Part shown: piece by piece, positions 1-12,725 of the stretch | Layout: each line of letters opens with the position of its first letter | How positions within the stretch are numbered: position 1 is the first letter of the stretch | DNA from: Octopus bimaculoides | Taxonomy: Eukaryota | Assembly (NCBI RefSeq): GCF_001194135.2 | Contig: NC_068987.1 | Location: 52,473,949 to 52,522,636, forward strand | Reading direction: 5' to 3' | DNA length: 48,688 nt | Position numbers and translations under genes: made by a program | The notes under the pieces: generated by a model | Database searches by the model: none | What the model was told of the DNA's origin: nothing | What the model saw: only the letters and a program-made list of their open reading frames with translations

Positions 1-466
1 TATATATATATATATATATATATGTATGTCAATATTTGATTTACTAATAGTATTATAACTACGTAAAAATGCAATACATATTGTGAGTTGATTGATTGAT
101 TGGCAAAGAATCTTTAAAGTTAATATTTTACCTTCCACTTAGGGTAAGTCCAATCTAACGACGCCGATTCGATGTATACTTTACCAGTTCCCATTTTTCT
201 ATTTCATTTCTTTGTTCGCTATGTCATGGTAATAGTTCTTAGTAGATTTCGGATGCATATTGTCTACTCATCTTAAGTAAATTCCGAGATTTATTATTTC
301 AGTTTCACTGTTACTTGAAAGCAATTAATAGATGAAGAATTACCAAAAGTGGAACGCAGATGCTACTAACTAACCTATCATTACTCGGGTCCTTACAATT
401 CAAGTAGTCGGTAAAAAGGAAATTCTTAGCCATATGTCTATATGTTCGAGACATTATGCCTATATG

Positions 467-685
467 CACGAGACGTTGATAAAACTTTACTCGGTTTAGG
501 TAAAATAAAATACACGAGTATCAGTTAACTGTGATTTTATTCAGCATATTCCCCTCTAAGATCTACACACTTATCTCAGCAATCATTCCTTTTTTCTCAG
601 TCCTGTATAAGAACTCGTCATGTTCGGCCTTGGACTAGGCCATTCACAATATCCTTAAAGCCAGACACTTTTAAGCACTCTTGGC
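467..685 (-). mobile_element. Mariner-derived MITE (internally deleted, degenerate TIRs)
   Basis: Minus strand 537-572 reads KCVDLRGEYAE*, a typical mariner transposase C-terminus. The ends (467-497 and 657-683) look like eroded inverted termini. Confidence 0.7.
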
Positions 686-2007
686 CTGGATAGTAGTCTG
701 CGGTATACACCTGGGATAGATAATTTATATTTGAGGTTCCGCTCAATATGAAAGTGAGCCCGGATTCTATCTTCTCCATACCTTAATCTATATATNNNNN
801 NNNNNNNNNNNNNNNNNNNNNNNNNNNNNNNNNNNNNNNNNNNNNNNNNNNNNNNNNNNNNNNNNNNNNNNNNNNNNNNNNNNNNNNNNNNNNNNNNNNN
901 NNNNNNNNNNNNNNNNNNNNNNNNNNNNNNNNNNNNNNNNNNNNNNNNNNNNNNNNNNNNNNNNNNNNNNNNNNNNNNNNNNNNNNNNNNNNNNNNNNNN
1001 NNNNNNNNNNNNNNNNNNNNNNNNNNNNNNNNNNNNNNNNNNNNNNNNNNNNNNNNNNNNNNNNNNNNNNNNNNNNNNNNNNNNNNNNNNNNNNNNNNNN
1101 NNNNNNNNNNNNNNNNNNTTTGAAACAAGTTTGTTTAATAAGTAAGTTCCAGTAGATATATGAAGAAAGTGCATTAACAGTGTATTAGAACTTAGTAGCA
1201 TATTGCATCCTAGAAACGTACAATTTCTAGAAAATACTTTCCCTCCTGCAAGGAATGTACAGAAGCAATACTAACTGACGTATGTGGGGCTTGATTAGAG
1301 GGAAACAACAACTATGAAAAATCGAATGCAGTTATATAAGATAATTACAAATTGAAAATTAGCACACAGAACAAAAATGTTGTGTTTTTCTTTTTTTTCT
1401 TTCAACATTGGTATCAGTTGTTAACTTGTATGTCTGTATTTCAATATAATACAATAGTGTATGTGTCGCTTACAATGTTGTTCCTGTCATTTATTATTTA
1501 ATTATTTATATTCGTCAAAATACTTAGAAAGATAATGAATTCACGTTCACAAAGACATAACATAATCGAAATGTATAACGCTAATTATAAACTTCTGTTA
1601 TGAGATATGCCAATAGAGATTTAGTCACCAGACGTTCAGACTTTTATATTATATAATTAAGGAGTTTCCCTATGAAAAGTATATCGATAAATAAACAAAG
1701 ATTTTTATATCGATATTACGTTACACACACAAAGTATTGAATCATTTGATTGTACATTTGTGTGTGTACATATACACGTATTAGCATGTGTGAATGTACA
1801 TATATACACATATATCTATATAAAATATAGAAGAGGCATATATATATGAACCATATGTATATAACTGTATACACGAATGGAACTGTCGAGAATTTGAGAC
1901 ATGATCAATAATGTCAATTCGTTTTAAATTTATTGTTCAATTGTAATAGACAATAGGCTTTAAAATTATATATTATCAAAACACAGGCACACATACACGC
2001 ACACATA

Positions 2008-2015
2008 TGTGTGTG

Positions 2016-2056
<41 letters not shown>

Positions 2057-2057
2057 G

Positions 2058-2149
<92 letters not shown>

Positions 2150-2388
2150 TATANNNNNNNNNNNNNNNNNNNNNNNNNNNNNNNNNNNNNNNNNNNNNNN
2201 NNNNNNNNNNNNNNNNNNNNNNNNNNNNNNNNNNNNNNNNNNNNNNNNNNNNNNNNNNNNNNNNNNNNNNNNNNNNNNNNNNNNNNNNNNNNNNNNNNNN
2301 NNNNNNNNNNNNNNNNNNNNNNNNNNNNNNNNNNNNNNNNNNNNNNNNNNNNNNNNNNNNNNNNNNNNNNNNNNNNNNNNNNNNNNNN

Positions 2389-2470
<82 letters not shown>
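2008..2470. repeat. Compound microsatellite (ATCT)n/(TA)n - gap - (CA)n/(TA)n
   Basis: Directly visible; N-gap 2154-2388 inside. Confidence 0.95.
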
Positions 2471-2473
<3 letters not shown>

Positions 2474-4915
2474 CCATCATAATTGAATTATCTGCCATCG
2501 ATCCATAATGTAAGAATATAAGATCTTTAAAATAATATTATTTCACGCATAACGAATATAATACGAATATATAATACCACAGTGTATTGCTAAAAAATAT
2601 TTAAAAAACTGTCTTTGCAAGTCACCGTAATAATATACTTGCTAAGCTGAATGAAATCGATTGTATATAACATTTCACTATACCAAAATCTCGGTTATAT
2701 TACACAAAATACAGATAACTTACTAACGTTTAGTTTTGTTGATAGAAGAGTATTATGTCTGTTAATTCGTTGGTTTAGAAAGTTTCGGTATCTAGAGGAA
2801 AAAAAAGACATATTCGGATATCATAAATATTAAAGCTGTCGTCACAGACCAGTACGGGAGGATTTTGTATTTATTAAGTACACTTTCTGTGTTTTTGTTT
2901 TTACCATATAATTCTGAGACCATTTTAACATTAAACGCAATAACCACACACATTTACCGTAGTAAAGCAACGGACATGCATAAAACTAAAAACACGCACA
3001 AACGCTCATACACACACGTGTACACACATATGATGAGTGTGTCTGTGTATTATTGAATGTGCTTTTAATACACACATTGAACCACAATGAAAATAAGAAA
3101 ATACTGGTAACACGAAAGTATTTTCCCTTCCCATATATCGAAAATAAATTAATTTGACTTGATTGAAAATTTAGCAAACGTTTTAATTGATCTTACAAAA
3201 AAGAGTTGGTGTCTAAGTATGTATTTCCTTATGGGCTCCAGTTGCCTTCGATTATACCTGATATAGGTTGTGTCAACCTATATTTACAGCTAAGGATTGG
3301 ATGAATCTGTCACTCGAAGCTATTATGCTTATCTGATTACTTCAATTATTTGCCCATCAGCATATGCCAATATTTCCATTGTTGGAAATGAGATATCAAT
3401 AGAGACAATTTTCGTCCACAGAATGATATATATATGTCAACGTTGCAACCTCTGCTTAAAGAGGTAAACATAGGGAGTATATGCTTTAAGCCGCCCGGTT
3501 TTAAATAAGGTGTGTGGATATATAAGATATATTAATGCGTGCTGAGAAAAGCTTAAACATAAATTAGGCTAACCACCAGTTCAGTGCTAATCAAAATTAG
3601 TATCCTTTTATTACTGTGTTTTGATTAAGGACGGCTTGTGCTTAACACATTTTGAAATGCTCCGTTTATAAACTAATTTATTTTTAATTTAAGATTTCTT
3701 TGTATTAATTACTGTAAGATTGATAAAAACTATTAGAAGTGTATGATTCATGAACCTAAATACTTAGTACGGATTTTCAAGTCATAATAGATAAACTGGT
3801 ATTATTATATTGATTTTATAATTACATCGAGAAGAAGCTGGCAAAACGTTATATTTAGATGTATGTGAGGAAAATCTGAATATAAATCATTAAGAGAATA
3901 TTGAAATGTATATATTAAATTATATAATTTCATTGTTTTCGATAACATCCATCTTGCATCCTCACATCAATGGGAAAGTTACTAGCAAAAACCAAATTTA
4001 CAATTTAATACGTTCAGTTTCTGGAAATATCGTGTCATATAAGTCTAAAGGAAAGTAAATATATGAAAGATTGAATTTTTGCACAATGACACAGATTTAT
4101 ATTTTTCATTTGTAAAATAGATGTGAAATATATATGGCTGCCTGAACATCGGTGTTCGCGCATGGTATATGTGGAACACGGCTAAATAACGATGTCGAAT
4201 ATCAGTTTAAGGATAGGGAAGTATTCCTGTGTTTTGAAATAATAAATTTAGCGCGTTTCTAATTACTACTACATATTCTGCAACTACCCCGCTCTCAGAG
4301 ATGCATACTCTGCAACAAATCAGGCAAACTAATCGATCTTTGCAGCTCGAATATTTTCTCTAGATAATTAAGTAAAATTAAGCTATTAGTAAAATTAAGC
4401 TATTAGTTCTGTTGCATCATATCGTATGGACTTGAAAATAATTAAAAACAAATACAAGAAGATTGAATACTTTTGTTACAATAATATTATTATTTGAACA
4501 AGAATTTAATTATTTTTCAGTGGAAAATAAATCATTGTTATGATTTTAGGCAAGCGAACCATTTAATATTAACACTACTTATCCCCTGAGCGTTTATTTA
4601 ACGTTTATTTTTTTTAATATTATTATTTTTCTTTTTCGTTAATATAAAACGTTACTGAATGAGTGGCGGCTGGTAGAATACTAATCTAGAGCACAAAATG
4701 AGATCAGTCACACTATGGTTTTCTTGTTTATATTTTTCTGGCACTTCTAGGCATGTAGTAACTTCTATCTTTATGGAATAAACTCTACTTTTATCCAGAG
4801 AGATAAGTGGATCACCACAAACTAATATACATGTAAACACATAGATATATATTTACACATACACACACACCACACACACTCATATATACATATATATACA
4901 CACTCATATATACAG

Positions 4916-4972
<57 letters not shown>

Positions 4973-5160
4973 AATCACAGCATCTCATTAGTGCCCTTTA
5001 TCACTGTAGTGATGTATATATTTCTGCCTTTCGGACGTAAAATTGTGAATAAGCCAAACTTATTATATATGTGCGTGTGTATGTTCATGTATATTATATA
5101 TGGCATAGTCATTACTTATATATTTTTATAATATCTCGCTTAGATATTCTGAAAGTTTAT

Positions 5161-5538
5161 AGGTGCAGAAGTGACTGTGTGGTAAGTAGCTTGGTTATCA
5201 ACCACATGGTTCTGAGTTCAGTCCCACTGCGTGACACTTTGGACAAGTATCTTCTACTATAGCAGACCAAAGTTGATTTCGTAGAGAGAAACTGTGAGTT
5301 GATTTCGTAGACGGAAACGGAAAGAAGCCCGTCGTATATATATGTGTGTGTGTGTTTGTGTGTCTGTGTTTATAACCTCACCATCGCTTGACAACCGATT
5401 TTGATGTGTTTAATGTCCCCGTAACATAGCGGTTTGGCAAAATGGAACGATAGAATAAATACTGGGGTCGATTTGTTAACTAAAGGCGGTGCTCCAGCAT
5501 GGTTGCAGTCAAATTACTGAAACGAATAAAGGAATAAA
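5161..5538 (+). mobile_element. tRNA-derived SINE, family A (octopus-type, CORE-like segment), near full length
   Basis: tRNA-like head (gtgactgtgtggtaag...gagttcagtccc), CORE-like gacactttggacaagt, internal (TG)n, 3' tail aaaggcggtgctccagc...tgaaac. Homologous copies occur at 15778, 16455, 17783, 29591 and 46049. Confidence 0.85.
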
Positions 5539-8500
5539 TGAATGATATATTCTCGCGTATTTACCTGCAAAAGAATTCGTACCATATTATTATTTATTAT
5601 CAGCTCTGAAAGCAATTCCAATATAAATCATTTCAGCATTTCAGTGACTGTTTTCATGTCTATCCATCCTTACTCTATCTATATACTAATGGACAGACTG
5701 GCATATCATATTAGGATAAATGCGGTACTACATTTAGTTTGACCAGAGCTAACGAGGTGAATAGTCACCGAGCCACCTTGTTATTGTATAGAGTATATTC
5801 AGACTACATTTTTGTGTCATATAGTTGAGAGTCATTCATAATACTGGCAATGAAATGAGTCGTTCTCTTCTGAAAGTATAGGAAAAGGTGTCTCACTTGG
5901 ATGTACGATTATTATATTGACTCATTTTATGAGTTCTTTCTTTTCACTTTTAAATTTGATAAGTTGTTTACAAGCTTTCGAGAGACAAAGAGGCAGACAG
6001 AAACAGATTGTATATGAGTTCGCGTGCGTAAATATGTGTGTGTCTATATATAATTTATATCTTCTGTAAACGCAAATGTGACTAAAAAATTCAGTGAATT
6101 TGATGTGCCAAGTATTTCCGAGGCCAAAAGAAAATCCGATTAGGTGTTGCTCATCATTCTTCAGGCGGTTCCACTCCCCTCCACAATACCCTAGTTGAAA
6201 TAAATGACGAGTCATTGTTCATTTTCTCCTAATTTCAGCTGTATAACTTCCTGCGTCTTCCAGACTCTATATCTGTTTGATATACCTCACTTAATGTATT
6301 TCCTGGCATTCGTAACAGCATTCGTAACATTCATCAAACTAGTGAACAAAACCAACATATGCTGTCTTGTTACAACTGTCAATTTGAAATAATTTTTCAA
6401 ATGTGATCATATCCACTGCTAACATATGGTTGAATGGAGTAACTTGTACCATCAAATCTTATCATTAGTTTTGCGTTTATGCGTTAGGCTGACCAAAAAA
6501 AGTGCGATGCAAATTGTGTAATGTCCTTATAAGTAGAGCATTTGAATTATTAAGATAGTATTTGGCGTCTCATAATAATGAGACATATTTTATTTGTTAT
6601 TTACCAGATCTTAAAAATGTTTGTTCCAATTCTTGTTACTTGCGTTAAAAATGTGTCCCAACGTTATGAGATACACTGTATATATTTCGTTTTAAAGAAG
6701 GAGCGGGAATCCGGTGTTATGTAACATTTAAGGCATTGTAGTATTTTGATTAGTACATATGATCCCTGTTCGAAAATGCACTCTGCTAAATTGTTTGTAA
6801 GTTGCTTTGAAAGTTTATAGCATTGAATTCAAAGCTTTCTGAACTTGTAATATGGATACTATTCAAGTGTTTCATGACAACGATATCCCGAAAATTGTCA
6901 TCCATTCATTGAATCTTCTATAACTTCTCTGAATTAACACGATTGAAAAGGAAACAGAATAATGACTGATCTTTCAAACCTGTATATTCTTTAAGAAAAC
7001 AACTATAAAATGTGATTTGAGACATTATCATTCAAAATCTTGGTGCTTCGGATCTATTCATTGTCACGGAAATTCGACAAATATTTTCTTTCAAATACTT
7101 TGAAAAATGATAATGGAGGTATTTCTATGGTGTATAATTTCTCAGAATGTGTGATCAATACAAAGTTCAACTGATCAAGTTCTATTAATAATTATACTAA
7201 AAGAAGAACACAAATTACGCATTGCTGTACTTCATGGTATGCTAGAAAGGCAATTATTTCGTTATCTTATATCATGCACTTGTGAGCTATACTCTTTCTG
7301 ACTATAGGTTTCAAACGGCCGAATCACAGGTTCACTCCATTATCAGAGTAACACCTGACACATCGTTCATTAAATGCCATATTTTATGAAGTTCATCGTT
7401 CGAAATAAGGAGAACAAAAGCTTAGGGAAAATGTTCATCTCTGAATAGGAAAATTAATAATTTCAAGCAATTACGCACATCTCAGCTCCTATGCAAAAAT
7501 CATATTGTTCTTGTTTCCTAAGCATGTTAATCCAACCGTGAAATTAGCGTCAATATTTTGAAAATAATTTCTCTTCTCATTAAGAGATTCGAACTATTAT
7601 TGGTAGTCATATTTTCTATACCTTATAGTGACCATCAGTGAAATGTTGATCAAGTAATGATTTATCACACATCACATTAAGTTCACTTAATGTTATAAAG
7701 GGCTCACGCGTAAATTTGTATGCGTGTGTGTGTTTATGTCTGTGTTATGAATTAATTAGACGAGGATGTCGAATCAAAAGTATAGGAATAATTGGATAGC
7801 AGAGACGGTGTGTATTCTACAAAGATTATTTTATCAGGTAAATTAAACAAAAAACAGAATCAAACAAACTAAAAATACAGCTTTCGGAAATTGTCTTTTT
7901 CAGACAAGCAGCTTGCATTTTATTGCCAAAGAGAAATTATAACTTGGTATACGGGCCATTAATGGTGTAGGTATCACTGGTCAAACGTGAATCATGTACA
8001 GTGCGCTTGAACTAGTTTTTGTAACACTGCCAATGAGGAACTGACTACTTGTATTGCGAAGGCAACTGAAACTCACTTTCCTGATTCGTGAACAACTCAC
8101 TAACAATATTCACCTTCATCTTTTATGACCTTTCTTATTGCCTTCACATACATATTTCCATTTATTAACTTTCATAATCCAGGGCTAAAACAAAATCTTT
8201 CACGTATGGTCTATTGTAGACCTTCGACAAAAATTGTTGGTACTTACAATTTCTTCTACTTTTGGGATATTGTTTAACGAGGAACTTTGACATTGATCCA
8301 AAAGAAAAACCGCTACTTTTCTGCCAAAATAGTAATTCTAGAAATCAGCGTCAGTGTCGCAGCCGTACACTTTTCGTCTATATATTTACTTGAACGGTAT
8401 TTCCTCGTGTGATCTATCAATAAGTTTATTTCCCCAGGGTGACCTTATATTTGATGGATGCTTCTCATACCATACCAATGAGAGAATTACTGAAAATGAA

Positions 8501-8574
8501 CAAACATACGATCATAGCTACCACACTAACCACTATGTCCTATTTTCCACTCCAAAGTGTAATATAACAGAGAA

Positions 8575-8950
8575 TTGTTGTTGGCACTCCGTCGCTTACG
8601 ACGTCGACGGTTCCAGTTGATCCGATCAACGGAACAGCCTGTTCGTGAAATTAACGTGCAAGTGGCTGAGCACTCCACATACACTTGTACCCTTAACGTA
8701 GTTCTCGGGGATATTCAGCGCGACAAGGCTGACCCTTTGAATTACAGGCACAACAGAAACAGAAAGTAAGAGTGAGAGAAAGTTGTGGTGAAAGAATACA
8801 GCAGGGTTCACCACCATCCCCTGCTGGAGCCTCGTGGAGCTTTAGGTGTTTTCGCTCAATAAACACTCACAACACCCGGTCTGGGAATCGAAACCGCGAT
8901 CCTATGACCGCGAGTCCGCTGCCCTAACCACTGGGCCATTGCGCCTCCAC
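8575..8950 (-). mobile_element. tRNA-derived SINE, family B, full length with 12-bp TSD
   Basis: Minus-strand head with A box TGGCCCAGTGG and B box GGTTTCGATTCC, and a (CAA)n tail. TSD tataacagagaa at 8563-8574 and 8951-8962. Highly similar to 12344-12725. Confidence 0.92.
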
Positions 8951-9910
8951 TATAACAGAGAAATAGAGTTTCAATAATTTTGTATTTACATACGTTGACT
9001 TCAGATATTAAAGAGGAACATCAAGTGAGAGATCTTTCTAATTACAACCTTACAACATTAAAAAACATAGCAACGGTTGGAGTCTCAATGATAGATATAA
9101 CAACGAAAATTAAATCGCTTGAATCACAAATTGGTGTAAAAAATTGCAACATCAGCGATACCGTACTCGATAATATAAGCGATATTTTCAAAGTTGGTTC
9201 AACCAGCTATAAGCAATAGTTAAATACACATTTGATAAAAACGAATGACCTTAAAAGGACTATATTAAATAAAGCAGTGGCCGAAACCATTTCTCTGAGA
9301 AAATAGACTACAGCAGAATGTGATAAACAACATCAATCGTTTAGGGCTAACCTTCGACTACCAACAACAAGAAAAAGAGGCAAAATATTAGCGTAATAAT
9401 TTACACTGCTCTTGAACGTCTAAATATGTCTACATTTGTGTTTATACTCATGTGTATTATACATGCATACATTATGTGTGCGTGTGTATATTATATATTG
9501 TTGACAACATAAGTATTTATAAAGTTTCGAGACAACCTGGAAATAATTCCTTTTCGAAGAGTGGATCTTTATGTACATAAAATTGAGAATAATAGTATAT
9601 AAAAATTTGGTTGAAAAGTCGGCTTTATAGATATGAACTGGTTAGTAATATAGTTTGATAGTGAATCACCACCTGCAATACTCAAGGCACTACTAATAAA
9701 CTAATAATAATAATAAATAAATTATCATAAGTGAAAACATATTTCTATATAGAAATACAAAAACATAATGTCTGCACTAATCCAGAAAGAAGATTAGTCT
9801 TCGAAGTGTCCTTGCGTATTTTTTGTTTCACTCTTTTGATCGGAAAACAAGTTTTTTCATCCAAAATATGATTTTCAATCCAAAAGTTACTTGCTATATG
9901 CATACATATA

Positions 9911-10301
9911 TTACTCTTTTACTTCTTCATTGGTGTCAGCCAGGGGCTGGTGCTAGGCTGGGGCGCACCGCCTTTCAGTGTTTTTAGGTCTTACATCTGT
10001 ACTGCCTTTGAAGCGATTTGGACGGAACTGCGGTTCTTTGTGCCTCATGTCTCGATGTGTGTTCATCTTGGATTTATGATAGAAATGTATCCAGGTGCTT
10101 TTCGAAGGTTTTCACATCTACACCTCGCAAACCTCTGAGGTTGTTTGGCTGGATGTTGAATAGATGTGGTCCTCTGAAACCCATGATGTTACAATACCGA
10201 GCGAGATGAACACGGTATCATTAGTATTATGCAGCGCCGTCCAGTTTGGTTGTAGGTATAGCTTTCAATTCGGAGCCAGACCTTCCAGGATCTTTTGATA
10301 T
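9911..10301 (-). mobile_element. 3' end of a CR1-like non-LTR retrotransposon (ORF2 C-terminus + 3' UTR)
   Basis: Minus strand reads KILEGLAPN, then after a frameshift RYCNIMGFRGPHLFNIQPNNLRGLRGVDVKTFEKHLDTFLS*IQDEH. This matches the CR1-group ORF2 tail pattern (F..RGP.LFN.LP...F...LD..L...PDEP). Truncated by the gap at 10302. Confidence 0.8.
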
Positions 10302-10705
10302 NNNNNNNNNNNNNNNNNNNNNNNNNNNNNNNNNNNNNNNNNNNNNNNNNNNNNNNNNNNNNNNNNNNNNNNNNNNNNNNNNNNNNNNNNNNNNNNNNNN
10401 NNNNNNNNNNNNNNNNNNNNNNNNNNNNNNNNNNNNNNNNNNNNNNNNNNNNNNNNNNNNNNNNNNNNNNNNNNNNNNNNNNNNNNNNNNNNNNNNNNNN
10501 NNNNNNNNNNNNNNNNNNNNNNNNNNNNNNNNNNNNNNNNNNNNNNNNNNNNNNNNNNNNNNNNNNNNNNNNNNNNNNNNNNNNNNNNNNNNNNNNNNNN
10601 NNNNNNNNNNNNNNNNNNNNNNNNNNNNNNNNNNNNNNNNNNNNNNNNNNNNNNNNNNNNNNNNNNNNNNNNNNNNNNNNNNNNNNNNNNNNNNNNGAAT
10701 TATGT

Positions 10706-10850
10706 TCATTATTTACATTATTTTCATTAGACAGTTATTTGCCCTCATCAACGTTTCGGCTGATACACCCTCCAGCCTTCATCATGTGTCTTGGGAAAAT
10801 TTCGAACCAGGTTTTTCATTCCTAAGGTATTTTTCGATGTTATTATTATT
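10706..10850 (-). mobile_element. Headless inverted partial copy of SINE family E (degenerate hammerhead)
   Basis: Reverse complement of 11069-11210. Contains GACAC-AUGAUGA-A-GGCUG...CAGCC-GAAACGUU at 10750-10790. Confidence 0.85.
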
Positions 10851-10868
10851 ATCATTAATATTATTAAT

Positions 10869-11009
10869 GCATATGGCGTAGTGGTTAAGAGCGCGGGCTA
10901 CTAATCCCAAGATTCCAAGATCAATTCCAGGCAATGACCTAAATAATAATAATAATAATAATAGTCAAGACTATTACCTTCGTGAAGAGTTACGTCAATC
11001 CTTTTTAAA

Positions 11010-11054
<45 letters not shown>

Positions 11055-11210
11055 CAACAACAACAACACTGAAGAATACCTTAGGAATGAGAACTCAGGT
11101 TCGAAATTTCCTGAAGACACCTGATGAAAGCTGGAGGGTATATCAGCCGAAACGTTGTGTTAACAATAAACATGATGAGAACAAATATCTGTCAAGTGTA
11201 AATAATGTAG
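10869..11210 (+). mobile_element. tRNA-headed SINE family E with (AAT)n spacer and hammerhead-bearing 3' body
   Basis: Head tggcgtagtggttaagagcgcgggctactaatcccaagattccaagatcaattccagg has an A box and a degenerate B box. It is followed by (AAT)n/(AAC)n and then the body. Confidence 0.8.
11116..11161 (+). ncRNA. Minimal type I hammerhead ribozyme motif
   Basis: Stem I GACAC(11116-20)/GUGUU(11157-61); core CUGAUGA (11121-27); stem II GCUG/CAGC (11130-33/11144-47); GAAAC (11149-53) followed directly by GUU, giving a palindromic AACGUU stem III. Predicted cleavage after 11156. Confidence 0.7.
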
Positions 11211-11731
11211 AGACTAGTGACATTCTAAGTCCTCCAGAGGAGTAGTAAGGTATCCTTATCTCTGGTTCTGAATGATCCACCCAGCTTCTCACCTGTACAG
11301 TGTTAACATCTTGGTTATATGCACATGGAATTTTGCATGGAAATTAAGATACTGCATAGATATAATTTTCGTCGGAAAGTATCAAAATTATAAAGTTTGT
11401 GCTGTATATTTAAAAATTCCTATATCACCACGTGTGTTCAAAATGGTGAATAATCAAAGCAGAAATTGAAGTTATCCACTAACACAGAAAAAGTTTGATT
11501 ATCTTAGAAAATAAGGGGTGTCAAAACGTATGTATGCAGTTTTCGTTTATTTGCTCATTGAGATTTGTCGAAAGCCAAAAAGTTAAGGTCGTTCAGATGT
11601 TGTTTAGATGTAACGGATTTCTGTACCACAGAAAATGAAACAAACTCCTCACGCGGCTTAATTTTCTCTAATTATAAATAGACAGGTGCACCATTCATAT
11701 ATCTGTAGATTTCCAGGAAAGCAGTAATTAT

Positions 11732-12003
11732 ATATTTTACTGCGTCTTGGGAGAGTCATTCTCTTTTTCTGCCGTATGACTTAACACAAGCGCCGGTTCG
11801 ATTTCCACTCATTTACTGATTTATTTTTTCTATAATTTTCGTTGGGTCTTGCAACATTTTCAATAATCGTTGCCTGCGTCCGTTACTAGACGCAACAAAA
11901 ATTTTTGAAAAAATAAATAATTAAATGAGTGGAAATAGAACCAGCGAGTGTGTTAAGTAATAAGGCATTAAAAGAGAATGACCGTTCCCAAACAATAAAA
12001 TAT
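11732..12003. mobile_element. MITE/foldback element with ~100-bp terminal inverted repeats
   Basis: gggagagtcattctctttt...atttccactcattt...ttttttc (11749-11830) is the reverse complement of gaaaaaataaa...aaatgagtggaaat...aaaagagaatgaccgttccc (11907-11989). The match extends out to atatttta/taaaatat. Confidence 0.8.
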
Positions 12004-12343
12004 GCTTCAACACATAAATTCACATACAGAATCTTTCAAACCAAGTACAAAAACAATGCAATTATGCTCTTAATTAATTTAAAAAATAAATATTTAATTA
12101 ACTGTAAGTGTTTCTCACAATTGTGGGGCGGGAATATAACTGATTGACTACACAGGCTCTATCGCTCCGTCGTTCGTAAAGCTCCTATTTTTGTATATAT
12201 ATTTATCCTGTGTGCCTGTTTGTCTGTATTTGTAAACATATGTACGGTGTGTGTACATAGATACATGGGGGTAAGCGTGCACACATTATATTATATAGAA
12301 ATCTGTTGATTCACCGGAAACCATAAATTATAGGACCTAATAT

Positions 12344-12725
12344 TTGTTGTTGGCACTCCGTGCTTACGACGTCGAGGGTTCCAGTTGATCCGATCAACGG
12401 AAGAGCCTGATCGTGAAATTAACGTGCAAGTGGCTAAGCACTCCACAGACACGTGTACCCTTAACGTAGTTCTCAGAGATATTCAGCATGACACAGTGTG
12501 ACAAGGTTAACCCTTTGAATTACAGGCACAACAGAAACAGGAAGTAAGAGTGAGAGAAAGTTGTGGTGAAAGAGTACAGCAGGGTTCGCCACCATTCCCT
12601 GCCAGAGCCTCGTGGAGCTTTAGGTGTTTTCGCTCAACAAACAATCACAACGCCCGGTCTGGGAATCGAAACCGCGATCCTACGACCGCGAGTCCGCTGC
12701 CCTACCACTGGGCCATTGCGCCTCC
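12344..12725 (-). mobile_element. tRNA-derived SINE, family B, full length with 11-bp TSD
   Basis: Near-identical to 8575-8950. TSD taggacctaat at 12331-12341 and 12726-12736. Confidence 0.92.

Noticed and set aside
3300-3470. Minus-strand ILAYADG resembling the RT YADD motif
   Set aside because: Isolated motif with no flanking RT motifs.
4371-4404. Small tandem duplications (17 bp here; also 5271-5311, 6308-6330, 22799-22830, 47140-47161)
   Set aside because: Ordinary slippage duplications with no sign of function.
5922-6215. Minus ORF YCGGEWNRLKNDEQHLIGFSFG and plus-frame GSTPLH
   Set aside because: No recognisable domain or consistent donor/acceptor pair.
10869-10940. tRNA-like sequences (also 8880-8950, 12655-12725, 39977-40048) as tRNA genes
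   Set aside because: They lack acceptor stems and continue into SINE bodies, so they are SINE heads.
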